A stretch of 64,000 nt of DNA from Chlorokybus atmophyticus (lineage: Eukaryota; Plantae; Mesostigma and Chlorokybus algae), in the NCBI GenBank assembly GCA_009103225.1, contig RHPI01002438.1:1-64000 (forward strand), given 5' to 3'. Made by a program: the position numbers and the translations under genes. The notes below the pieces were generated by a model, which was not told the DNA's origin, searched no databases, and saw nothing but the letters and a program-made list of their open reading frames with translations. Numbering within the stretch: the stretch's first letter is position 1; every line of letters starts with the position of its first letter. Positions 1 to 11,800 of this stretch are shown one piece after another.

Positions 1-1014
1 CGAGCGCATGCGCGTGCGTACGCGAGTGGCGGGGCGCGTGTGTGTGCTTGGCAGAGGGGGCAAGGTTCCGGTGTGAATACCGTGTTTTGGTGAGAGGGTT
101 GTGGATTGGACCAACTCACAGGTGACAAGGCACGAGCACCGTCACAGTTCTTCTCTCCCTCACCCCCTCCACCCTACCTGCCTTTCGCGGGGTAATCTCC
201 ATATTCTGTCATGCTTCGGACTCCCTGTTGAACTGGTCGAAGACGGTTGGCATGCTTCTTGCTGATGGCCCCCCTCCGGACTTGGGCATTCATTGGCTCT
301 GTGCGAGGGAGGCCACTAAGCTTCTTGGCGTGCCCATAGGCCTCTCGCTGCATCAGGATCAGCTTTTCTCTGATGTTCTCCGTAAGATCCAATCTCGGCT
401 GGACTTTTAGTCGCACAGTGGTCTTTCGCTATTGGGGAGAGCGTTGCTTTTGAACAACCCAGTTTTGTCGTGTATCTGGTACATTGCAGCTGTCTGTTCT
501 CTCTCCCTCTCTGCCCTCCACACACTGCGCCGTCGCAGCAGGGCTTTTATTTGGGGCCACGGACCCTCGCAGCAATCGGCAAAAGGGAAAGGACGTTGGA
601 ACGTAGGTTGCTTGCCTCGCGGAGAGGGGGGGTCTTTCGGTCCTGGACCCGGGATTGCAGTCACAGGCCCTTCTTGCCAAATGGGCAGCCCGCACGTTGG
701 ACCTCTCCTAGGCCCCTTGGAAGGCCTTCGCCTTCGCTCAGCTCAGGCTGGTGCACGAACCCTTCTACTCAGGTCTAGAAGTCCTCCTGATTCTAGTAAA
801 TGCTGACCCTGCCTGCGCCTTGTACTCTCAGGGCCTCTCCTGCTGATAGTAAAGGCCATATTAAAGGCCTGGGTTTCTCTCCCCCCCCTCCCCCCCCTCC
901 CCCTCAACGTACGAGGAGGTGCTTAGGCAACGGTTGTTATTCAACCCCCTCGTGGTTGTTGACAGCAAGTCGATGGGATAGGGACGCTCCAAGCCGGCGT
1001 GGAAGGAGTGGGTG

Positions 1015-1492
1015 TGTAACAAGTGGGCTCCGACCATTAAGCTATGGCAGCAAAAGACGCTACCGTAAATGAGCTCTGTCACAATTTATTCCAAATTGTG
1101 ACATTCCTCCCCAATTTAACCCACGGGTTCCTCATTATCCAATGAAGCACCTACTAGCCCACGTTGCCGTGGTCACGGCCGTACCACAACTAGTCTGCCC
1201 GCGGCCTTTAAATTTGGCCATCCTCACCGCGTGACCTGCCATCGCGGCGCGATCGCTCACGCGGCCATATGTCAAAATGGCTCGGCGCGCAGGTTGCGAA
1301 CCTGCGCTCAGCTTGGGGCAAGCTGCCCTAAATGTTTTTTGCCCTTGGATCTACCTCAGTCTCCTACGGGAATTGAACCTGAGACGTCAAGCTCCATTAC
1401 CATTGTAACAAGTGGGCTCCGACCACTACGCTATGGTAGCAATAGACGCTACCATGAGTGAGGTCTGTCACAATCCATCCCAAATCGTGACA
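1015..1492 (-). mobile_element. TRIM (miniature non-autonomous LTR retroelement), copy 1, with split tRNA-type Pol III promoter
   Basis: Two 89-bp direct repeats (1404-1492 and 1015-1103; 12 mismatches by eye) reading TGTCAC...TGTTACA on the minus strand. PBS-like TGGTAATGGAGC (1391-1402) lies 1 nt inside the 5' LTR. PPT GGGGAGGAA (1104-1112) abuts the 3' LTR. Flanks GGGTG/GGATG give a 4/5 TSD. Box A TAGCGTAGTGG at 1423-1433, box B GGTTCAATTCC at 1369-1379. Confidence 0.85.
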
Positions 1493-1919
1493 GGATGGCT
1501 GCTAGCTTTTACCGGGTGATAGATTTATGGAAGATGTTTTTCGTTGTGCATACCACGCTTCTTTGCTAGCTCACTTTGCTCCCACTCACACTTCTTCGCG
1601 CCTCACCGAGTTGTGGCAGGCAGCTGGCCTCCAAGTGGGTCACTCTTCTCGTTGCTGGTCTTGTCGCCCCACAGCCGGGTGAATGGTAGGCCACACTTCA
1701 CGCCGACGGCACCATCAACATTGCGATGTACGTCCTCTCCTGCTCAGTAGCTTCGTGCGTCGGCAGCGTGTTTGAGCTCGCTGGCAAGGAAGCCACTGAG
1801 CTGCTTGGGGCCACCCGCGAGCTCTCCTTACCCGTTCTCAGCCTTCGCCGTATCCGCGTCCTGCCTCCCCCCCGTCGCTTTCGCTCTCCTCCCGCGATAG
1901 ACAGTCTGGCGTGGCTGCT

Positions 1920-2281
<362 letters not shown>

Positions 2282-3726
2282 NCTGCTGAAAGGGGTGTGC
2301 GAGGTGGCTCGCTACGAAGGCTGGGTGGTTGCTGGCGGGGCGTCGCTTTCAGAGCTCCATGCTGACCCATACCTTGTTGGAAGTTGGCTTGCATAGTTGC
2401 ACTGTTGAATGCATATTATGGACAAGTTCGGTCAGCTTGAAATGGCTAAGTCCTTTATGTACTAGTGGTTATGGTATAAGGACTGATATCGAGCTGTTGT
2501 GAGTCCAGTGGGCGATATCTGGACAGTGTGCAATGCGTGTGAGCAAGCCAGAAGACTTGGCTGAATCTGGCGCAGAGCTCTAAAAGGATGGCAAGAACTC
2601 CGTGTGTAAATAGTCTTATAAAGCGTGGCATAGCTTGTTGGAAAGCGTGTGAAGCTAGCTATGTGGTGAAACTTACAGCGCCGCGTTTAGCCTAGTATAG
2701 CTTACATGGTTTTTGCTAGAGTAAGCGTGTGTACAGAATGGCGAGGTACAAAGCCCGTGAACACATGGTAATCTAAGCTTGTTGTGCGTGCTTATGCTCA
2801 TGGTTTAGCTTGCGTGTGTGTATCGGTGTCTGCACCAGCTCCATGCATGTGTAGTAGTTTGTCCAGATATCACCATACCTCTCCAGATGGGATGCGGCGT
2901 CGGGCTCCTCCCCCTCAGCTGTTTTTTCGCTATGGGACTACACTCCCAAGCTTGGGTACAGGTCCGTTTGTGTCAGGCGCCTCCATGCTCCCGTCCCCGC
3001 CACCTCCTGCAGGAACCTGCTACGTGCCGACATCCCCTGGCAGCGGGTGTGGCTCTCCATCCACATGGGCTTTCCGGGCGAGTGCCTCTCATGTTTTAAG
3101 GAGGACTTGGAGGGCCCTCTCCATCTCTTTCTCACCCATCCTATGGCCACCCGTGCTTGGCGGAGTATTTTCGAGTTGCTTTAGCGCATTGGCTCCTCCC
3201 CTCCGGATATGTCTCCGGCCTCCATTCTTTTGGGTGTTGGCCTCCCCCTCCGTTCTGCTGCGCTTCGTTCAGTCTGGCGCTTCAGCCGACAGTCCTTTGA
3301 CAGCTCTGGCTTACCGCTGTAAGGTTTGGTATGACCGCTCCGGCACGCCGAGCTGCTGGGACGCATAGTTGCTTCCCTCCACTGCCTGCTGCGTGCGGCC
3401 TGGCTCGAGGTGTGCACCGCTCCCTCGGCCGAAAACGCCCACCTCCAGTCCTTCGCGTCCTTCCTCTCCTCCTGGGGCTCATGCGGGATCCTTTGCACGT
3501 GCCTAGTCTCTCCCCTCGCCTTTCCTAGTCTCTAGCTTTCCCTTTCAGCTTACCTAGTTCGTTTACTCGCATTGCAGTAACCTTGGTACTCTCGTTGTAT
3601 GCATTTCTATCTTTAGCATTTCTATCTCAAGCGAGTTGCTTAGCTTCCCTTGCTGAGTAGCCTTAGATAGTCTCTCGTTCTTATCTTGCATAATTTCTTT
3701 ATACACTGCCCCCACTGTGGGTTGTC

Positions 3727-4267
3727 TTAAAAATATATAATATGGGGCATATATGAGGCATGTGGCTCCCCTTATGGCAGCGACTTTTGCTATCGTAAGC
3801 TAGTGGATAAGCCGCCGATGTTACAGTGGTAACGGAGCTGAGCGGCACAGGTTCAAATCTTAATGGGGAATACAACTGCTAGTTGTGAAATCGATCCAAG
3901 GCAATTAATGGCAATGTAATAACTGAAAGCGCCATGCGGCCTCGTAACCCGTAACGATAAAAAAACTCATGACCAACAACCGTCTCAGCGGTCGGAGGCT
4001 TGCTTGGTGATTGGCTGTCGGTGCGCAGTGACGAGGGTCCGCTCTTATAGGGACAAAGACGAAGGTCAGGCGCGCGACTTGCCGGTCGCAGGTAGGTCGC
4101 GGTGAGCTCGACAGGTGATGTGGGCAAGTCACGTGGCAACGACCCGATGGGTAATATGTTGGGAGGAACGCAACATATGTAGTGTGGGACACATTTAAGG
4201 CATGTGGCTCCCCCTATGGCAGCGACTTTTGCTGCCGTAGCCTAGTGGTTAAGGCGCTGATGTTACA
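3727..4267 (+). mobile_element. TRIM copy 2 (diverged relative of copy 1)
   Basis: About 99-bp direct repeats (3727-3825, 4169-4267) ending TGTTACA with degraded 5' ends. PBS TGGTAACGGAGC (3827-3838), box B GGTTCAAATCT (3850-3860), PPT GGGAGGAA (4161-4168), box A TAGCCTAGTGG in the 3' LTR. No TSD recognisable. Confidence 0.75.
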
Positions 4268-4694
4268 GACGCGCATGGCATTGCCTGGACGCTTGTAAGA
4301 TCAAAACCTAAAAACATTCTCTACACCAATTCGCAGCAGCTTGTCCTTCCACACACATTGAAGCATTCAAGTTAGCTCGTTAGGGTCGATTGTGGATATT
4401 GGGGTTACAGCGTAACGCTTGATAATCTGCTTGCACATGTACATGTTGGTGCTTAACCGCTAGGTGTATCAACACTTAACATGAACATGCCAACTCGTTA
4501 ATGGCATTTTGTCAAAGAGGCCACTCCTGATGACTTCTGTTGCCACTTCGTCACCAGTGTTTTCAACACGCAACCAATTACGGCGTGCTTAGTGACCCAG
4601 ACCAGACATTGTTATGGGTGGCAATCTCATTGAAGCTAACCGAGCGTTGAACATCATGAGGCAGGCTCTCCTTGGTGGCAAGGATCGGTAGCAG

Positions 4695-5029
4695 NNNNNN
4701 NNNNNNNNNNNNNNNNNNNNNNNNNNNNNNNNNNNNNNNNNNNNNNNNNNNNNNNNNNNNNNNNNNNNNNNNNNNNNNNNNNNNNNNNNNNNNNNNNNNN
4801 NNNNNNNNNNNNNNNNNNNNNNNNNNNNNNNNNNNNNNNNNNNNNNNNNNNNNNNNNNNNNNNNNNNNNNNNNNNNNNNNNNNNNNNNNNNNNNNNNNNN
4901 NNNNNNNNNNNNNNNNNNNNNNNNNNNNNNNNNNNNNNNNNNNNNNNNNNNNNNNNNNNNNNNNNNNNNNNNNNNNNNNNNNNNNNNNNNNNNNNNNNNN
5001 NNNNNNNNNNNNNNNNNNNNNNNNNNNNN
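4695..5029. other. Assembly gap (N run)
   Basis: Run of N; further N gaps near 27.4-27.5 kb and 32.1-32.2 kb, and single-N joins at 2282, 14799 and 43767. Confidence 0.99.
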
Positions 5030-6547
5030 CCTTCCCCCTTGCCCCCCCGGAAGGACAGGACACTTGTCGGTGGAAGTGCTTCAATGGCATGCTTACACTT
5101 TATTAGTAAAAGTGCTTCAGTGACATGCTTACCAATAAGGTGTCACCAATCCCTGCCACCAAGGAGAGCGTTATGATGTCCAACGCTCGGTCAGCTTCAA
5201 TGGGATTACCAGCCATGGCGGTGTTGATTAGCGCATACAAATGTGCTCATCGGTTGCTCCACCTCGCACGCTTAACCACATGGCTATAGTGCATCGTGGT
5301 GACGCAATACCGCGGCGTACATTACTTGTCCAACATCCCGATGGTTTTTGATCCGCCTAACATCTCTAAAGCTACGCAAAAAGTGCATGGCGTGAGCACG
5401 TTATCACACTGTTGTCACGTACCTGCATTGGCGGCAAGGTCAAAGGGTCTCCATGGAAGTGTTCAATTGTGCAAGATGGTGTCCCAATGACAGTCCCTTG
5501 GCAGCCTCATTTTACCATACCCTTGGCGGCCAGCTACATTGCAGATGTCGAATTAATTATCAGTCCCCTTGATGCGGTCATTCTCATAACACAGTATCTT
5601 GCGCACATTGAATGGGACGCGGGGCGGGACCATCCCTATAACGTTTACAAACCAAGGGGGAACCTCGGGTACAATGCAGGCAGAACGGCCTGATTTTACT
5701 GTACAATGACACTTGATGATAAATCTACATGCATTGGTATTGGATCTGAATGCGATACATATAATTATACAATTACATTGTATAAAGTACTTTTATATGT
5801 AATGTGCTTTTGCTCTCAACACAATGTGTTACATGTCACAGTGGATGTTAAGCAATCCGTGAAATAATGCATTGTATCTTCATTTACATGTTAAATAATG
5901 GGTGTTTAAGCAAAGGCCAAGGTAGAGGGGCATGCGCACAAGCAACAGATACGGATCACATTACAAATAATTACAAGCGCCAGAGTATACAAACATAACG
6001 TACACGCGCGCCAATGCGTGCCTTTTCTTTTCATTGCGGTTGTTCAATATTGCATGAATAGCCAAGTATCTATTGCATATAAGATGTCTTCAACTTATGT
6101 CAAGTTGATTACAAGAAGCATCGGCATAAGCCCATGCAAGGCCTTCACGCTAGCAGCTTTGGCGTTGAGTTTGCGGAAACCGTGACATGCATGTTGAGGT
6201 TTTCATGAATCAAATATCCGCATTAGCCCACGCAAGGCCTTCATCTCAATAACACCTCGCCGGAATGATGTGTGACTTGTAAAGTTGCCGTTGCGACCTG
6301 AGTCAAAGCACATAATGCTCACAACACGTTTGCATTATGTGATTAATATATATCAGCATCAGACGTCGTAACCGGCAAACATCTGAAATATATATGCCAC
6401 AACACTTACTAATGACAGATGGGCAGCTGTCATTTCTATACAAATGTTAACCATTAAAATCGGTGTGTACATGCAGAAACAGTGTCCCCAACTGGAGCCA
6501 CGTTACACTTGTATGTAATCCCACAAATGATTACTCATACAATAACA

Positions 6548-7843
6548 TCATCTCAGCCAGTCCATCCATCTGTCATCTGCATCATCAGCGTATGTGCCAA
6601 GATTTTGTGTCTGCTGTCGGTGCGAGTCCCAAGCATACGGCTCATTCCAAGCATTGCGCAGCACCGGTTCCTCAGCCAAGGGTGCTTGTCTGCGTCTGCG
6701 GGGCGGTGGTGGCGGCGGGCGACGAGGAGCGGGCTCATCATAGTACTCTTCTTCCTCCACATAATCAGGTTGATACTGGTAAGCGTACTGGCCTCTTCGT
6801 CTTCGTTGGCGTCTGCCGCCATCTCTGTAACGGAACCCTCTGTCCCCACCACCAACGCTGCGAGCGAAGGCAAGCGCTCGCGCCAACAAGAACACGCCAA
6901 ACAGCACTATCCCAGCATAAAGCAGGACCTGAGCAGCACATGCATGTTGATGTTGAGTATGCAGAAAAAGGTGATACTCGTAGTTATGCATTCATTGGCT
7001 GTGTACCTCAAGAAGAGCTCGTGCTACCCACAATACAACGAGTATCAACAGACCATTGATGCCGTTGCCGACCTGCCAGGCAAGGGTTGGAGCACTTGAC
7101 ACAAGCACAGCTGTGCATATCACTGTGCCGACAAGTTTGTTACCAAGGCTTGCGGGATGCGAAACGGCACTCCGGACAAGATGGCCTGAACAACTGCCTG
7201 CAGAACCTGCAGGCAGGAAGCATTGCACGGGTCGGTTGTGTGCTTGAACTAACAACGTTGTGATATATGCCACACAACATTGACGCCAGTTGATGGATGG
7301 ACATAATTCGAAACTGAGCATGCACTGTTGATATGCCCACGTACCTGTCTCATCCTGTTGTACAGCATGGTACTGGCCTGACCGAGAGCCCCAAGGTTAG
7401 CAAAAAGGTTGCCCTGTACGCGTAATGGGTTGCGTTTAGCCGAACATACAGCACTGCCGCTAACAGCATGATGGCAAGCCAAGGGCGACCCCGACACATT
7501 GTGAGCAAACCTCGAGCATTGTAAGTCAGAACCAACCAGTCAGGTGCATGATTGCAACAAAGACTTTTGTCAAATACAGAACAAGCAGCTCCCAAGCTTT
7601 ACCCCTTCTCCTTCATTCTCGTAAACCTCTTGATCTTCGTACAAGTACTGTCCATCATCGTCAGGGTCTTCGTCGTACCCCGCATAGTCGGTGTACGCTC
7701 CTTGATAGCGACGTTCGCCTTGCCTGGTGTAAGACTGCTGCTGACTGCTGTCACGCTGCTGCGACTGCTGCCAGCTTGCCCCATTGACAGCTTCTTCCTG
7801 CGCTTCCTGCAAAGGCAATCTCATCACTAAGGGCATTAGTGAC

Positions 7844-7884
<41 letters not shown>

Positions 7885-8481
7885 ACGATCGATCTTAAGC
7901 ATAACGTCGTAACTACAAGTTGCAGTGACCCACTAGCAGAGATCACATACTCACTGCCGGCAGCACAATACATGCGTCCATTGACGTGAATTACTGGTAC
8001 CAACACTCACCAGTAACTAGCAATTGTGGCGAAAACTAGTGGTGTTCACTTGGCACAAACCACAGCTACTGCGACAAACTACAACCAGTAGCAAGCTACG
8101 ACTGATCAGCTAACCTGATGTGGCCTGACCTCACAGCCAGACTTTACAGGTTCCATGCATGCACGAACGAACTATGCAACCGCACAAACTTGCCTGCAAC
8201 TCAACACCGCCCCAACAACTCAGTAGGTGGGCAAGAAAGTACAAATGCAGTTAGATGCATGCAATTGCCTGTTGATTGGCGTTACCGCCGCTGCCCCCGT
8301 TCCCCTGCTGTTGAAACGTCTCCTTGCCCATGCGGCCGAAGCGGTATACGCACGCCGTCACCTGGCGCTTACCGGTTCTGCTACGCACACACAAAGTAGG
8401 AGAAACATACGCACGGCCTGAGAACGACGCCGTGCACGAGGAGGAGCAGCACGACCCCGCCGCTGCCGCCACCGCCGCCAT
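6548..8481 (-). CDS. SHW1-like (SHORT HYPOCOTYL IN WHITE LIGHT 1-like) membrane protein with probable plastid transit peptide; about 6 exons
   Basis: Spliced frame MAAVAAAAG...NQQ|EAQEEA...acidic tract|GNLFANLGALGQASTMLYNRMRQ|VLQAVVQAILSGVPFRIPQAL|VGNGINGLLILVVLWVARALLE|VLLYAGIVLFGVFLLARALA...WMDWLR*. The acidic tract followed by two hydrophobic helices with RALLEVL resembles the plant SHW1 family (RAFLEVI) as recalled; not searched. Confidence 0.6.
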
Positions 8482-8640
8482 GTTGGGTGCAGATAAACAC
8501 AACCCGGCTTGGTTAAGCCTGCCCTTGCTTGTCACACATGAACAATTGCGCGAGTGATATCTGTTCTAAATAGCGATGTCGCTGCAATTATCTGAGGAAA
8601 AGCAGCGGATATATTACAGCCAGACTGATATTCGGTGGGT

Positions 8641-8729
8641 CTGCAATCAGGCAGAGACTGCAGCAAATTGCAGCAAACGGGCGGCGGCGGCGGCGGCGGC
8701 GGTGCTGCTGAAAGGGGTGTGCGAGGTGC
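8641..8729 (+). repeat. 89-bp dispersed repeat containing (CGG)7; identical copy at 14710-14798, 24-bp piece at 2283-2306
   Basis: Direct comparison: CTGCAATCAGG...GAAAGGGGTGTGCGAGGTGC. Confidence 0.9.
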
Positions 8730-8800
8730 TGCTTGCTGGCGAAGTGGGTGGTGGTATCTGGGTCTGCTTTCTGTTTGTGACCTCAGTACAAGCTGAGAGC

Positions 8801-11800
8801 ATGGCGAGGGGCCGCGGAGGCGGAGGCAGAGGCAGAGGCGGAGGCGGCGGCGGTGCTGGTAGGCGGGGCGGCCGCCCAGTAGGCAGAGGCAGAGGCAAAG
8901 GGGGGGATCCCAATATGGGCATGCGGACAGAGGACTTTGACGACGAGATTGACGAGTGTACGTGCGCGTTGTTCTGTTTGTATTGGCGTGCGCAGCTGCA
9001 GTTTGCTGCATGCGGCCATTTGCTTGCTCGTGTGCTGTTGCATGAGGGTTGGGCCAAGCAATTGCCACTCTGAAACTTCCCTATATCTTTGTATCATTAG
9101 TTGTGGTGCCTATGTCAACGCTTGCAAGGAAGAGCAGAGCAACTTTTTATGTTGACATGCAACTGAGTCATAGACTGTTGCTTGTCGAGTGAGCAAGCAC
9201 CAGCACACGTCTGCACAGCTGAGGTGAAGTTTGGGTGACCACAAGCAGTGGTATTACTACAGGCTGTTCTCATTTATCAGCAAGTAGTGTAAAAAATCTG
9301 ATGCGGTTGTGCCTGTGGTGTGGCTTTCCTCAATCACCTTTCTCAACCCAGACCAGCACAACTTGCAATAACAAACGACGCATATTGGTTGTGTATTCTT
9401 TACCTCACAACGGATTTTGCTATTCTTCACGCTGCGCACATGCATCGCGAGTACGTTGGGTTTACAACCTTGACGTGCGGTGTTTATTGCAGTTCACAAG
9501 CAACGCGACAAAATAAGTCTTGAGGGCAATGCCGCCGCTGCAGGTAAGAAGGATGCCAGTTTGTGCCAATGTGTTACTTTCGACCTGCAAGCTTGATTGT
9601 CCAGCATTGGCTTTGCAATGACACATGCACGCGGTGTAGAGACTGACTCCGAGGTGGATGAAGACGTTTATGGCATTGAGGTACAGCAAAACCACTTGTG
9701 TTGCTATGCGAGGCCAATGCTTATGTTCCGTATGTGGTTGGTACTGAATGCATGTTGTGTAGGCAGGAGAGGAGTCCACTGACAACAGCGATGAGGAGGA
9801 TGCTGGTGCCAATGCTGGTGATGATGATGAGGTCAGCTTGCACAGACATATGCAATGTTGTTTTGAGTTTGAGGCAGTGCGAGGGTGCTCAGAACACTTC
9901 TGACGCTCGCCTTGTCTTGCAGGTTGATCTTGAGGAGGATGACGATGATGATGAGTACACCGCAAAGCGTAAGTGCCGAGCATGTTGGCATGTCTTGCAA
10001 GCGGGCAGGGGGTTGGTCCGCGGTCGGCTGATCTGTTGTTGCAATGCGCAGTAAAGAAGCAGGCTCGGGCAATGAAGCAACGCGCTGCGCTGGAAGCCAT
10101 GCAAGATGAAGATGCCGAAGAGGACGAGGAGCCAAGTGGAAAGGGCTGGGGCAAGAGCAAGCAGGCTTATTATGACGCAGAAGACTTGGAAGAGGTTGGC
10201 ATTGTCTCTGATGGCATGTTGCTAAAGTGTACCTGCGCATGTGCGTGTGCGTGCATGCGCGCATGCATGCACGTGCTGCGAAGCTTGGTACCCAGCGTGC
10301 TGTTTTGTGTGACAGACCAGCGATGAAGAGGCAAAGGCCGAGGAAGAGGCGGAGGTGCGGCGCCTGCAGAAAGAGCAAGCGAGCAGGCTTCGGCCGGAGG
10401 ACTATGGGCAAGATGATGATTCGGAGCCAGAGACATCAGGTAGTGACGATAGCGAACACGAGCAGACGCTGCAGGATATGGCAGATCAGAAGCCGAAAAA
10501 AGTTGGTAAGAAGGGCCAATCCAATGGAAGTGCTGGCATAGATGTTGAGACCGTTACAAAGGACCTGGCATCACTTACACAAGAAGAGAAGATGGCCGCT
10601 GTCATGAGGTTTGTTTCGTGCTGCTATTTGTGCCAAGACCAACTCTCGCATGTTCTATAGCACACACTTGAGGCTGACTGGTGTTCTGCAGTGATGCTCC
10701 CGAATTGTTGGCTCTTCTGGCGGAGCTGAAGAAGGGTCTCGACGAGTTGAGGGAGCAAGTGCAGCCTGTCTTGGACAAGGTCAAGGCCGGCGGTCTGGCC
10801 ATGGAAGATGGGCTTAGCTTCCTGGAGGCCAAGCACTTGCTGCTGCTGTCGTACTGCACCAACCTCGTCTTCTACTTCCTCTTGAAGGCGGAGGGCAGGT
10901 CTGTCAAGGACCACCCTGTCATCACTCGCCTGGTCCAGATCAGAACGTATCTTGAAAAGGTACACAAGCCAACCTGGTCATGTATCAAACACCGTTGCAT
11001 CGTGCTCTCTCGATAGTAGTGTAGTATACGTCAGCGCTCTTGCACATGCCTTTGTTCAGGTGCGACCTATCGACAAGAAGCTGCAGTACCAGATAGACAA
11101 GCTGCTGGCTGCAGCCAATGATGCCACAGCTGCGGCTCAGGCTCCGGCAGCCAATGGCAGCGCTGCAGTGGCTGCGGATGATCCTTTGCGATACAGACCC
11201 AACCCCAGCGCGCTTGTCTCTCGACTGGCAGAAAACCACGAGGTACGTATGCCACATGTTGCCAGGGGGCATGGTGCCATTGCCGCTTGCCCAACTTGTG
11301 TTGACAGGCATTGCGCCTCATGACCTTTTCTTGTGTGGCAGGACCCTGATGCGGTGTATAGGCCTCCGAAGATGATGCCCATGGCCATGGATGGCCCGGA
11401 CAAAAAGTCAAGGGCAGAGGTATTCACAAGGAATCAGTAGTGTTGCATACACATGTAGATTGCACTGTTATTGCAACTGACCATTGGTCTGCTCTGCAGA
11501 TTCGCTCTGAGCAAGAGCTCAGGCGGCGTGCGTCTCGTAGCACCTTTGTCAAGTCTCTAGCAGCCGAGCTTACAGGCGCACCTGAAGAGGTAATAGATTG
11601 TCATGTGACCTAACAACGCAGTTCTTGATGACAGTTACAGTTCTGTTGATCTGCTCCAGCAAATGCGGATTCATGCATGTATTGGTCGTGTTCGAGCCCT
11701 GAGGTCGCTGACACATGGGCGTTGACTCTCGTGGCAGGTTCGTGATGCGGTTGGTGCAGAATCACAGCGAGAACTCCGTATAAAGAAACGGTTAGATCAG

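Noticed and set aside
174-1000. Short minus-strand ORFs, also at 2800-3500
   Set aside because: Interrupted frames with no recognisable motif; probably decayed repeat sequence, cannot be supported as genes.
1363-1454. Apparent intron-containing tRNA or tRNA-derived SINE head
   Set aside because: No acceptor or T-stem pairing, so no cloverleaf. The apparent intron is the PBS, and the context is LTR-PBS-PPT-LTR rather than a SINE with a tail.
1404-1492. Possible circularly permuted tRNA gene (acceptor-like stem in reversed order)
   Set aside because: No T-arm upstream of the stem, so the 3' half needed for a permuted tRNA is absent.
5296-6450. Exon-like frames (HIEWDAGRDHPYNVY; KALRGLM/KALHGLM repeat)
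   Set aside because: No consistent gene model and no recognisable family.
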